This document shows positions 49,685 to 64,000 of a stretch of 64,000 nucleotides of DNA, one piece after another; within the stretch, counting starts at the first letter, position 1, and each line of letters begins with the position of its first letter. The position numbers and the translations under genes are program-made. Where the stretch lies: assembly GCF_009914755.1 (NCBI RefSeq), contig NC_060925.1, one strand, 5' to 3'. The notes under the pieces were generated by a model. The model worked only from the letters and a program-made list of their open reading frames with translations, ran no database searches and was not told the DNA's origin. The DNA comes from the human T2T-CHM13v2.0 reference genome, Homo sapiens.

Positions 49685-50000
49685 GATGCTGACTATATGC
49701 TGTAATTCTGAACAATCTAAAAACTTCTGTGGCTTAAAACTATGATGGTTTGATTTTTTTTTCACACTGCATATCCAAGTAGGATTATAAATGAGAGGTT
49801 GTCGTGTACCTCAAGTTATCATTCCCCCCTCTGGACCTCAGCTGTTGATGCTTCCACTATCTGGGGCATCACCATTATAGAGGGAAAATTAATATGAATT
49901 CTTACCAAGCTGCCTAAAGAACTTTCTGAATGAAAGTGACAGTTTACTAGCCAAAAAAATCAATAAATAAAAACAGGGGAAGAGAAACATTCTTACCATG
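49685..50000. mobile_element. Old LTR (LTR33-like) fragment
   Basis: tatgctgtaa..ctgtggcttaaaac..ggacctcagctgttgatgcttccactatctgg. Confidence 0.5.
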
Positions 50001-52254
50001 TAACTAGAAGCATATTTTTATAGATGAAATATAAGTTAATATTATTTTATTGAGTTTGACTTCCTTTTACCATTTGCTTTTGCTGTTGTTAAGCTTGAGT
50101 TTAGATGAAAATACTAAACAGCTACTAAAAATAAATTATGTATAACCATGCCTTACTTACATTAAAGGCTTATATGCCAAAAATAGTTGCTGGACACAAG
50201 TTGTCTAAATCTATATGAAAAAAGACACAGGTTTTTTTTTAACATCAAAATGTTTGCAAAGTTTAAAATTTAAAATATAAAATAACTAATCAACAATGAA
50301 ACAAATATCGATGTTTTAAGTTGTATTCAAGTGAAATTTTGCTATGTATCCAGACTATAAGAAAATAACAAAATAGCTCATGACAACAAATTAATACTAT
50401 ATAATGCATAAGTATACCACCAAATCTTGAAAAACATTTTTATTTAATCATTAAAAAAAACATACTTTATTTACTATGTATATATAGAGGGAAATACATG
50501 ATTTGAAATAGATAGTGCTTAGATTTCAAAGCATATATTAACACACACTCTAAAAAAAAGAATCGTTTGTCCTTGTTATTAATAGTTACCTTGAACTACT
50601 CATTGGAAAAACATTTGATTAGAATATTAATGTTCTAATATTTTTATCACTCAAATTCAGTTCAAATAATTGTTGAGTAAGAATATTTTTTCATATGGAA
50701 AAATTTCCAAATTCAAAAAAATCTTGACTTTGTTAAAAATTTCTCAATGTAGCTGCAAGGATAAATGAATTATAAGTGTCCTTGAGTCATGTCTATTGTT
50801 CTTCCTCCTTGGCTGTTACTTGCTAGCCGAAAATCAGCATGAGAAATGACTATAGAGACAGCTGGCCAGTAAAAGAGATGATGGGCTCCAGCTGTGCTGA
50901 CAGGAAAGGGAATTAAAATATAGTAAATGAGAATCTACTCATTCCTGTTTCAAAATATTTTAAAACTAATGTTATTATGATCTATTCCTATATGCATAAT
51001 ACTCACATATTCGGTATGTCAAACAGTTCAGACTACTCAAAATAGAGCATGTGCACATACAAAAAGAAGTTACTCATAAACTTTACCAAAACCGTGAGAA
51101 TAATTGTATTTGAAGCCCATTAATTTCAAAATATAAGAATACTAGAAAAATAGAATCTGGAAACTGTTTAATGTGAGAAACTATCAAGAGGAAACCTGTA
51201 TTATTATACTGAACAAAGGAACTAATATAATTTCTACCTTCAAAAAAATAGATGACTCAATGTTCATAACCTCTCTTTATAATAGTCAACTGGGAGAGTC
51301 TTTATTGTTGGTGCTTTCTGCCATGTTGAAGGCATGATTTCTCATTTTCTAAAATGATTCCCCTGGCTCAGTTGATGCTACCATCTCCTGATTCTTCCAT
51401 CTGCTTCTCACTTTTTCTACTGTTATCTCTCATAGGACTATCCATTTACCTCTACACACAGGATGCTATTTCTGGGCATTCTCTTCTATTTTTGGATTTT
51501 GAATGGCTGTTTTTGTGAGGGTGACTCTCAATACCCCTCTCCAATTAGTGGTTTTTGTTTAAATCTTTATACTAAATTAATTTATTGCTTAGCATCAGCA
51601 GTTATTTTTTGTAGGATTGGCATCAGCAGTTTGTTGTTAAGCTTGTCATTCTTAATTTTCTTAATCCCTATACATATTAAATCTATAATAATCGCACTAA
51701 GTGTTGTTTCCTTTGACAATTAGAAGAGATATAATTATTTGTTAGAGGCACATAGTAGGTTTTTGAATAATTAATACAAATGCATTAATAAATAAAATAT
51801 CTCCATGTTTTTTAACCCATTATATACACACTATAGATAACACAGACACACACACACACACCTTTACCTCTGCCTAAATATTTCAATGACTTTCACTTTA
51901 TTAGAGTAAAAAACCTAAGCCCCTTACATTAAAGGCTTATATTAAAGCCTCTTATACTCGAATATTATATTATCCTTTATAATATAAAGGCTTATATTAA
52001 AGCTCTTTATATTAAAAGCTAACACTGAAGATTCTGCATGCCTTTGTCTCTACATAGCCATCCTTCTAATCCCTTATTTTGTCAAACCATATATAGATTG
52101 CTATAATTGTCTCTAATGTTTCATGTCTCCAAGTATCCATGCTCATATATAGTTTTCTGCATAGATCCTGGCTTTCAAACTTTAGTAAATGCAATACCAG
52201 AAAAGGCTAGTAAAGTTCTCATGAATTAGGATTTGCTTGTTCTTTCTGTTGGGG

Positions 52255-52502
52255 AGACTTTTTGCCATGTACCAAAGTCCAGAATAGCTACCTGGGCAAT
52301 AACTAAGCACATGAGTAGAGGTCCCAGCTATAGCACCCATCCTAGACCTGGAGCAAACACATAGGGAAGTCTAGCTATCATTACCTGGACCAAACAAAAG
52401 CCAGCCCAGCTGAGCCTAGCCTAAACTGAGCAACAAAATTGAGAGCAAAAAAATATTATTGTTTTAAGTACTGAATTTGGAGGTGATTTACTGCGCATTA
52501 AG
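52255..52502 (+). mobile_element. MLT1 (G/H-like) LTR 3' part
   Basis: cccagctgagcctagcctaaa..ttattgttttaagtactgaatttggaggtg. Confidence 0.6.
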
Positions 52503-54979
52503 TGTTCAAATATTATTTAAAGATTGAAATTAATTTCATAAGCTCTCTACTACCTCTAATGAATTTTCTTTCTTCTGATAACCTCTTACTAATGTTTCAA
52601 TACCCAATCTTTACATTACTGCTTTCAGAAAGATTTTCTTCCACTAACAGGCTAGGGCTAATTATCCTCTTTCATGCTCCCATAGAATACTCAGTATATA
52701 GTTATGTAATAGCTTCTCAAAGTACATTAAGTATTAAAGTCAAGGGAAAAGAAGAAGAAAACCTCAATTAAGCCTCCTTGACTTAATTACATTATCTAAT
52801 TCAATTACCAGCACTAGATGATATTATATATTTAGGTAAATATTAAAGATATAATGCTTTGCCCCATCGTATCATTTCCTGATTATTGAACCCCTGCTTG
52901 AGAAAGTATGGTGAAGGATAAATATGAATTAATTATTACCATCTGAATGAGCCTTATTGTCTAATGTGACTGTACTTATTTATATTTAAGCATAATGAGC
53001 ATCATTCCAAAAATTCCAAAAATACTATTTTAAAATTATAGTATTTTATTTCATATTTAATAATTAGGCAAACATTTCAACAGAGTATCAATGTTCATAT
53101 TACTGAATATATATGTTAATGAGCATTCAGTTTTTCCCAAGTAACATTTTTAAAACTGTTTCCAGTCAACAATATTTATATTTAGAGAGGGTGTGGTTGT
53201 ATCCCTGTATTGACCAAATAAGTTGAACTACAAAAAATTTAAGTATCTAAATTTGTTTAGAATTTAATGCATTCATACTCTAATTCATACAACCATCTTT
53301 TTTTATAATTCTTATATATGTGACATAATACTTTCAGTGAAAGTGTATTTCTTATCACGTATACTATATCCATTAAATCAATTTTATGCTTAATGAACTA
53401 TAACGTGTTGCAACTTCACTGGCTTTTTCAAGCAATTCAACAATTCCTGAATAAAGTGCATTCCTTTAAACCCTTGGATTTCTTGGTTTTCTAAAGTGAG
53501 CTAACTTCTCTAAAACCTAAGCCTTCTTCACTTCTGAATTTTTTACTAAACAGTCTGATACTTTCTAATTCTTGTTCAGGTCTGTCTACCTTTACATAAC
53601 TTCCTTCTTGGCAACTTTGATCCTTTATACTCCTTATGTCTAATTTATATCTCTGGAAAGGTAACAAGTGCATACTCTTAGCTACTTTTCTAAATCGTAC
53701 GCTTTTCCTTATCTGAAAGTACTAAGTTCCAAACTTGGCCTTTAACCTTTTAGTTTTAATGCTTTTCTTGTTGTTATTTTATTTTGTTCTACTTACATTA
53801 GAAAAATGTACAGCATGATTTTAAACCTCTAACTACTATTCTGCTGCTCTACTCATTTATGATAGAGTCAGGAGTTAAGACAATCTGATCAAAACCATGC
53901 CATTAGCAAGATAATGTTCTAATGAAATATAAGAGTTCTAAATCTTGGATAAAAAAGTTATAAGGTGCATTGAAAGTTCAAAGTCAAAAAATGAATAAAG
54001 GTATAATGTGAAAATATCATTAAATAAATCTGGTGGGCTACTATATATCATTATAAAAGGAATAATGATAAAAAAAGTAAAAAATATATATAATAATAGG
54101 AAGCCAATAATGAGAATGTATAAGAAATCTGTATTTGTATGCACCTAACATTACAGTATAGCTTCAAATATTTACAGAAAAATTAACAAATATGTGAAGC
54201 AAATTAGACAAATATACAGTATAACAGAACAAGAATGCAAAATAAGTCAAGACATGTTACTTAAGTAACGTGAATAACATCTTCATCAAATTGATTTATC
54301 TCCAGTATTTCATGTTACTAAAATTACTCTAAAAGTTGAATTATTGAAAAGTTTACCCCTGGATTTAGGAAGATGAGAATGCTCTGTATCATCATCTCTA
54401 TTTCATATTGTATTGGAGATTTTGACAAGTATAAAGACAATATGGAAAACAAAATTTATAAATTGAAAGAGAAAGTAAACTTTAATTATTCACTAATGAC
54501 ATTTCCTTTTTATAATCAAATATCTATAAGCTATTAGAATTAATATGTCATTTTTAGCTTTCAATTTTGATACTATTTACTTATACATTTGTTATACTTA
54601 TATATTCATACAAAATAAATTGTATTCATTCTTGAAAAAATATGATTTTTATTTTTCCTTTTCTTCCATTTTGAATTTACAATTACACTCATCTTAGGTA
54701 AACTGATATTATCCCAAAGGTGCCTGTGGTGCCATTATTTATTTTTTTGTTCTTCAGGTTTTTTTTTTTGCCTCTCTTTGCTTCAGTCTATTGACCTGAC
54801 CACAGGTCTAATTAAGCTGATCCAGTGAACTTGTCATATCAAACAATGCATTTTTTCCAATTTTAATATTTATCTTTATTTTTTATGTACTATTTATTTC
54901 AATTCTGAGTTTCACCAATTATTCATTCATTGTGTTCATCCTTACCTTTACAATTTAAAACATATTTGTAGCAGCAGTT

Positions 54980-55305
54980 TTTTTAAATTGACACATATTT
55001 GTATGCATAATTGTACATACTTATGGGGTTCAGTGTGATATTTTGATATATGCATACAATGAATAATGAAAATCAGATAATTAACATAGCCATCATTTCA
55101 AACATTTATTCTTTGTATTGGCAACTTTCAAAATAACCTAGCAATTGGAAGATATACAATTAATTATTATTTGCTACAATTACAGTGCTATAGAGCACTA
55201 GAACTTATTTATACTACCTAGATGTAATTTTGTATCCTATCCCCCAGAACCTTCCTAGCCTCTAGTAACCACTACTCTATACTCTACTTATATAACATCA
55301 GTTTT
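54980..55305 (-). mobile_element. L1MA 3' fragment
   Basis: ataattgtacatacttatggggttcagtgtgatattttga..cctagcctctagtaaccact. Confidence 0.8.
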
Positions 55306-55492
55306 AACATGTCTATCTGTTAATTCTCTTTAATCATCTGAGGGTCAGTCCTTTCTAATTAAGTAGGTCGCATTTTCCTTCCTCCTTCCATGTCCAGTAT
55401 TTCAATTGTATAGGAAATTCGGGATGATATATTGTTAGAAGTCTGAATTTTGCTACTTTGTTGATTGTGTCTAGAGTAGCCCTTCTACTAGG

Positions 55493-55697
55493 GTGGTTTT
55501 TCTCAGCCTTAACATTAAGTTTTGTCTGGAAGATTCTTTGTTTTGGAGGTTGTCCTAGTCATAGTATTTAGTAGCATCCTAGGCTGCTACTCACTATATG
55601 TCAATAGTATTCCCCAAGTTGTGACAGCACAAAAATGTCTCTAATGCATTTCCAAATGTCACTGGTGAACATAATATTCCCAATTTGGGAACCACTG
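55493..55697 (-). mobile_element. MER20
   Basis: aagttgtgacagcacaaaaatgtctc..caaatgtc..tttgggaaccactg. Confidence 0.75.
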
Positions 55698-55841
55698 TTC
55701 AAAGGTTAGGGTAAGCTACTTCTAAGGTATGGTCTTCCTTGTGTTTCAATGAAATGCCTGGTGTGTTTCAGGAGGTCTTTTCTCTCCAATTAGAATCAAA
55801 ATTCTAACTTATCTTAGCTGCATTAATCTTCCTGCATCTCC

Positions 55842-55953
55842 ACTCAGCTCACAGGCTATTAGTAGCCGTTTTCAGTCAGAACTCACAGACCTCAGAATAA
55901 CTCAGCTTACAGGCTATTAGTAGCCATTTTCAGTCAGAACTCACCGACCTCAG
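55842..55953. repeat. Two-copy tandem duplication, period 58
   Basis: actcagctYacaggctattagtagccRttttcagtcagaactcacMgacctcag twice, 3 mismatches. Confidence 0.93.
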
Positions 55954-56107
55954 CGTACACAGTTTAGCATTCAACTGAAAATCCGAGAAGACCTCTATCC
56001 ATATTTCTTAAGTTCTTTTTTTTTTCAGATTCACTTTCTATAGTACCCATTCTTGAAGATTCCAGCTGCCTTGTCCACTCTGAGCTTTTTTCTTTTTTCT
56101 TTTTTTT

Positions 56108-56291
56108 GCCTTAAAACAATAGAAATTTATTCTCTTACAGTTCTGGAGGCCAGGGTTCTGAAATCAAAGTATTGGCAGGATGGTGGTCCCTACAGAGGTT
56201 CCAGGGAAGATCCCATTCCTTGCCTCTTCTAATTTCTATTAGCTGTTGATGCTTCTTGGTTTGTGGTTACATCACTCCAATCTTTGCCTCC
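56108..56291 (-). mobile_element. MLT1C-like LTR fragment, interpreted as 3'-transduced
   Basis: ttaaaacaatagaaatttattctcttacagttctggaggc..cactccaatctttgcctcc; both LTR ends missing. Confidence 0.8.
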
Positions 56292-56980
56292 TTTTTATTT
56301 ATTTATTTATTTATTTATTTATTTTAAGTTTTTATTATACTTCAAGTTCTAGGGTACATGTGCACAATGTGCAGGTTTGTTACGTATGTATATGTGAGCC
56401 ATGTTGGTGTGCTGCACCCATTAACTTGTCATTTATATTAGGTATATCTACTAATGCTATCCCTCCACCATCCCCCCACCCCATGACAGGCCTGGGCGTG
56501 TCATGTTCCGCTTTCTGTGTCCAGGTGTTCTCATTGTTCAATTCTCACCTATGAGTGAGAACATGTAGTGTTTTTTTTTGTTGTTGTTCTTGCGATAGTT
56601 TGCTGAGAATGATGGTTTCCAGCTTCATCCATGTCCCTACAAATGACATGAACTCATCCTTTTTATGGCTGCATAGTATTCCATGGTGTATATGTGCCAC
56701 ATTTTCTTAATCCAGTCTATCACTGATGGACATTTGAGTTGGTTCCAAGTTTTTGCTCTTGTGAATAGTGCCACAATAAGCATACATGTGCATGTGTCTT
56801 TATAGCAGCATGATTTATAATCCTTTGGGTATATACCCAGTAATGGGATGGCTGGGTCAAATGGAATTTCTAGTTCTAGATCCGTGAGGAATCACCACAC
56901 TGTCTTCCACAATGGTTGAACTAGTTTACAGTCCCATCAATGGTGTGAAAGTGTTCCTATTTTTCCACATCCTCTCCAGC
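56292..56980 (-). mobile_element. 5'-truncated L1PA (about L1PA5-6)
   Basis: (TTTA)n tail, agttctagggtacatgtgcacaatgtgcagg 3'UTR, ORF2 C-terminus. Confidence 0.93.
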
Positions 56981-57507
56981 TTTCTCTTTCATCTACCAAC
57001 CAAAACTGCTATTCCCTTATTTGGTGCATTTCCTCGTTCTGTGGTTTGGAAATTTCCCCTAGACAGAAATCTGGGGTGATGGTAGAGCTCATCCCACGTA
57101 TTTCCCTTCTTTTAAGAATCTGTCCTGTGCTATAAGCCCTTCAATGTTTGAACATGGCTTCTGTACTCTCCACTTTTATAACTGCTTACCAGGATAAGAG
57201 TATGGATAATACTCTTCATCATGGTGAGACACAGAACTATATATAACTTTTAAATAATGCATTTATTTGTAAAAGGAATTTGAAAAAGCATCCCATTTTT
57301 GTCTCATCTATTCTACCATCCACTTTCTCTAGCCATTTTTAATAACACCAATACAAAATAGCCCCACGCAAAAATAAAAACTTATCTAAAAAAATTTTAA
57401 AGATTTAGTTTAAGGAAATAAACAGTTTCTTAAAAATAGCAAACCAATATTCATAATTAACACATGAACTACTCTATGGTTTACAAAGTGCTTTCACATA
57501 TGTTAGG

Positions 57508-57839
57508 TTTTTTTGTTTGTTTGCTTTGTTTTGTTTTGTTTTTGAGATGGAGTCTCGCTCTGTATCCAGGCTGGAGGGCAGTGGAAGGATCTCGGCTCAC
57601 TGAAAGCTCCGCCTCCCAGGTTCACGCCATTCTCCTGCCTCAGCCTCCCGAGTAGCTGGGATTACAGATGCCCACCATCACGCCCGGCTAACTTTTTTTT
57701 TTTTTTTTTTTTTGTATTTTTAGTAGAGACGGGATTTCACCGTGTTAGCCAGGATGGTCTCGATCTCCTGACCTCGTGATCTGCCCACCTCGGCCTCCCA
57801 AAGTGCTGTGATTACAGGCGTGAGCCACCATGTCTGGCC
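57508..57839 (-). mobile_element. AluY with an expanded central A-tract
   Basis: aagctccgcctcc..ttcacgccattctc and gtgttagccaggatggtctcgatc are Y diagnostics; TSD cacatatgttagg at 57495-57507 and 57840-57852. Confidence 0.96.
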
Positions 57840-58959
57840 CACATATGTTAGGTGTTTATGATTATTAGATTTTTATAATAATTATGTTAGTTATAAATCA
57901 TAGCCACTAGATAAAATTTAAGAAAGTCATTATCACTTTCATCATTTTTGTCATAATTTATATTGTATGGGAGGAAATTAGACATAAAATGTGTAAATTA
58001 CTTAGATAAGTCATAAGCTGAAACTTATACCCACTTTTCTCTTTGAATGTATGCTGCTCTTTCCCTACATTATCCATAAATTGTTATCATATTTTTTCTA
58101 CAATCTGAGGTGCTATATCTCTCATATTGTAAATAAGAGTGGAAATGCTTAATAAATATTTTCATTGATTTAAGACATGCAAAATTTTCTCAAATTATTC
58201 AGGAAATTTAGTATCCATTTTGTATTACTCCACATCTTATACAAATATGAATACCTTCCTTTTACCCAACAACATCATTTTAAATCCTAGAGTGGTATGC
58301 ATATTATAAAAGTACACTAGCAAAGGGAGTAAGATTAAAAAATTAGAGAGATTTCTTGAGTTTTTTTTTTTCCGGAGTTACATGAAATGAGACATCTCTA
58401 GAGTACATCAGAATACAATTTCGATTCATTCTTAACAAACCATGTTGCCTGTCTGCAGTGGATAAAGGAAGGAGGAATGCACACTTCTTGATTTGTTACT
58501 GTCTGCCAGTGTACTAAATCTCTCCTATATATTAATTCACTTAGTCATAGGTCATAGAAGGCATTTTTACAAGAGATGAACAAGCTTTTGGCTGCTCTGT
58601 TTAATATATTACATCTTTGCATTTATTTAATCAGAATTATATTGTGTAAATAAATGAGGGTTTTCATGAAAATTGAATGTTATGTTGTAACTAATTTATT
58701 TTGAAATAATTTAACAGCCATTGAGTTTTACACTAATTGCTTTATGAGATTAATGAATTTACATAGTTATTTGAGTCTCATTACTTGGCAGAGTATAGAA
58801 AAATGAAGCTAATAAACTTTTCCAAGAACTTCCCTTGGCATGAAGCAAGTGGAAAATAAAATTCTGCTTTAAAACAATGGCAGTTTTACTTTATGAAGAA
58901 GAGCTGCTCATAAAATTCATTTCTCTTGTTTTAGCACTGTAAGGAAGATACAGATTGGC

Positions 58960-60080
<1,121 letters not shown>

Positions 60081-60339
60081 ATATAGTCAGGATGAACCAA
60101 TTATTGCATGTGTGTATGTTCGTAAAATAATTAAGGAAACAGAAATTTTGAGTGCTAATTTATCCAGTCTTCCACTATTAACTTTGTATGTATGTGTATG
60201 TGTGTGTGCGTGCATGTATGAAAATAAAACTAAATATATAATTTTAAACAATAATTATATTCAGCTTATACCACACTTGTAATAAAATCGACACAAAGAG
60301 TGCATATAATGGACATTGTCTTTATTTTAAAATGTATTT

Positions 60340-60660
<321 letters not shown>

Positions 60661-61849
60661 TAAGAAAAATAAGCAGTCACCAGTTTTTCACTAAAATTGC
60701 ATAATGTCTTCTAAATGGAAAAATTTGAAAGGAGCTTATTAATAAGTATATTTTAAGAATGAGATGAAACATAATCTAATTTGATTTAATAGTATACTTA
60801 TTTAAAATATGAATTCAAATATTAGATATTTTAATAAAACTCAAATTAAATTACAGAGTTTGAATATCATTGAAATATCTGTGCTAACATTGTCTTACTG
60901 TTAAATTTGAAAAACATGAAAAATATAAGGCTGACTTCTTTGTAATTATAAGTTGCGTACAGTGAATGCAATCTTTAACCTTTTGTGTTTCTTTACTTTA
61001 TTGTATATTAGGTAATTATGTAACATGGGTATTATACTATTTTAACATTATTTATTTTCATTTTAATAATTTAAACTCAATAAAGATAAGAAATAGTTGT
61101 TTTGTGATTTTTGCCTTCTGCAATGATTAGTTGTCATTATTTTTAATTTTTATTACCTTAAATCTCCTTGGTTCCAAATAAGTCAGTAAACTGATATAAA
61201 TGCTTTCCCACTGTTATTAATAGTAATTGGTTTTTATTGTAAAATTTATTTTGCTATTCTGGCATATTTATGTTATAGCAAAATATTGAGAAGGAAATTG
61301 ATGTGACTATTAAAAATGTTGCTAATTTTATATTTGCTTTATCTCTGTACTCTCCTACTCCATTTCCCTGCCATATGTGATTGTTTTGAATTGTTTGCTC
61401 AAGTATTGCAATTACTTTTTTCTTGAAAATTGATTTATTATGTTTAAGCTGATTTAATTACAGAAGACATTGTTTACAGAAGTTATATAATTTATTTGGT
61501 AATATTTAGGTTTATCCCAAAGCAGCACAATGTAGTTAATACGCTAGTGTGAGAGTGAAGTGCTCTCACATGTCTGTTAAGTTCAGAACCACCTTAATGG
61601 AATTAACTGGACATGTGACTGGTTAATAAACTAATTCATCTCTTCCTAACTTGCACTAAAGGAGCATACAAAACTCAAGCTGTAATGCATTCTTTATATC
61701 TGGATAGCAGGGCATGAAAAGTATTCTATTTCCTAAGCCCTTTTATTTCCCTTTTCTATTTTTAATCACTTATTATGAATATTTTTTCTTTTACTAAGAA
61801 CGTGGACATTTTCACAAAAAAAATAAAAATAAGTAGAGGGGTTTGGTAC

Positions 61850-62524
61850 TTACTTCTGTTGGCTCTCACCTTCTATTTGGAGCATCTGAAAAACTAAAAA
61901 TGATATTTCTCAGACTTTCTGGCAGATATAGTTTGGGATGCAATCTGGATATACAGCGTAAAGGTGAAAAATTATACTTGTGATCTAAATCTGGTTCAAC
62001 ACGTATCTTTACAAATGAAGTTTCATTTAAATGCAGGCATGGCCACTCATTTACATATTGTCTATGGCTGCTTTTGCGCTATACCAGCAGAAGTATGACA
62101 GAGACTGTATGAACCCCAAAACAAACTACTCACCTTTTGTCCATCTACCGAAAGAAAAACTTGTTGACCCTTGAACCAAGGGCAAATTTTATCAAGCATA
62201 AATTAGGTGAAGGTCTTTCTGGTGCTGTGATTATTGGCAAGCGAGTTCACACAGATGTGAGTACCTGCAGTGTCTGGAGTCTGTGGTCCAGTATCTAGAC
62301 AGTACTTCCATGAATGTTTAATTGTCATGGAAGAAACAAAAATGGCATCCACATTTTTGGACTGCAGGTAAACTTGAAATTAATAGTCCAGTGACTTCTC
62401 TCAATTCTTATGCCTCCAGTCTTTCCGACAAATTTTTAAGCATTTATTTTCCTGTATAAAATATATTTTTGCTTGAAATGTTTATACTGGTTTCTGTTTG
62501 GGGCCCTAAAGACTATCTGATGCA
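61850..62524 (+). mobile_element. Old ERVL-class LTR (LTR41/LTR16-like), split by MER58A
   Basis: 3' end ttttaagcatttattttcctgtataaa..tggtttctgttt..ctgatgca. Confidence 0.5.
61980..62173. mobile_element. MER58A (hAT-Charlie)
   Basis: catttacatattgtctatggctgcttttgcgcta..gacagagactgtatg..aaacttgttgaccc. Confidence 0.8.
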
Positions 62525-63446
62525 AGCACCATCTATTTGTTGTTAGACAGGTGTTTAAGACATGAAATAATACAAGTTTAATTTTGAACCATAATTAAGT
62601 ATGGGAAAAAAGACTACTCTGAAAATTTTATGTGTGGTTAGGAGTATCACTCCACAGTAAATTTCTTAAAACTACAGTTCTCAGAGTTTTTCTTCTTATC
62701 ATCTGTCATTTCAAAGGTTTGATACATTGTTTTATACTCCCAAGATGAATTTTCTCCATATACATAACTGCTATTATAAAAATATCTTCAGTGATTTTTT
62801 TAAAAATTCCAAGTACATTTAAATCACAAATAAAGAGCTGGTAAAATGTTGTCCCTTCTCAGTACAATTTAATGTTTCTATAGAAACAGAAATGTGAAAT
62901 TTCCAGGCTAAGCATTTCTATTATTACGTCACATTCAGATCTTAAATGCAAAGTGAGGAACCCATTTTACTGTGTAACTAGGGGTCCAGCAGTAAACCCA
63001 TGGCACACTCTGCATAAGAAAGGGAATATTTTCATTGAATCAAACAATGATTAATTATTCCTTAGGAAAACCATCTAAAGAATAATGCAGTGCATGCTAT
63101 ATTCACAAAAGTGGGATCTTTGTAAAAACAGACCTGACAAGACAAAGAGGGGATAGTAAAAAAAGCCCAAAGAAGTGTGAAGAGCAAGCCACTTGAGAAG
63201 GGTTGTGGCCTTCTGTGGAGAAATACAGCCTGCACGTGGTGAACTGACAGGAGGGAGCTGATAGAACAACCACTTCACACTCACTCTCCTCTCATGCTCA
63301 GAATCTCCTGTTGGTGATCTCTCATTTACTTCTCCAAATGGAATTTGAAGGGAAAGTGAACTGGAGATTGTCTTTCAGGGCAAGGAGAGCACTAGTGAAG
63401 AGAGGAGTGTTTTGAAAGTGTACATGGGCGATATTCAGTGCACTCT

Positions 63447-63970
63447 ATATACTAGCTTTCTATATCTGCTGTAACAAATTACCACAAACTCAGTGGGTTA
63501 AAACAACACAGATTTGTTACCTTACAGTTCTGGAGGTCAGAAGTCTGAAATGGCTTTCACTGTACTAAAGATCTCAGTTGGTCTGATTCCTTCTAAAATC
63601 ACTAGGGAAAAATCTGTTTTCTTGCCTTTTCTAGTTTCTAGAGTCTACCTCCATTCACTAGCTGTGGCCCCATCCTCCATCTTCATGATGGTAGCATCAC
63701 ATCTTCAAATCTCTCCCCTGGTCTTACCTTTGCTTCCATCATCTCATCTCCTTCACTGGCTCTGATTCTACTATCTTCCTCTTTCCCTTATAAACGTTCT
63801 TGTGATTTTATTGGGTCTACCTGGATAATACAGATAATATTGCCAGAACCTTAGTTTAATCACATATCCAAAGCATCTTGTGATACAGAGTGACATATTT
63901 ACAGATTCTAGGGATTAAGACTTTTAAGACTTGTATATCCTTGGTGGGGGTATTACTCTGAATACTGCAC
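63447..63970 (-). mobile_element. MLT1D-like LTR
   Basis: gctgtaacaaattaccacaaactcagtgg..cagttctggaggtcagaagtctgaaatgg..cacatatccaaag. Confidence 0.8.
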
Positions 63971-64000
63971 TATGTTTGAAAGTATAGACATGTGCGTCTA

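Noticed and set aside
62975-63440. Possible old ERVL-class LTR
   Set aside because: Only a short terminal motif is recognisable; too weak to call

Overview
AT-rich, repeat-dense hominoid (human/great-ape-like) genomic DNA; the full-length SVA supports the hominoid assignment. I see no intact host protein-coding gene, RNA gene or CRISPR array. Essentially all ORFs in the track are pieces of L1 ORF1/ORF2, HERV-L gag/pol/dUTPase, SVA, Alu or chance ORFs. The main landmarks are a twin-primed L1PA nested in an older L1MA (2.5-4.2 kb), an SVA in the 5'UTR of a rearranged near-full-length L1MA4A-like element (4.7-12.5 kb), a solo LTR1B, a 4.2-kb L1PA7-like element, a near-complete HERV-L provirus (33.0-39.8 kb) with a THE1-interrupted and L1-truncated 3' LTR, and many Alu/L2/MIR/MaLR/MER fossils. 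The best-supported unusual observations are mechanistic scars: an L1 3' transduction ending at a captured MLT1C poly(A) signal (56.1-57.0 kb), an L1 fragment with no tail and no TSD at a deletion, a possible re-retrotransposed ancient L1MC fragment, template-switch hairpin scars, and an old ~300-bp non-repeat duplication. Subfamily names come from my recall of consensus sequences and need RepeatMasker/Dfam confirmation. I found no evidence of a new biological system.
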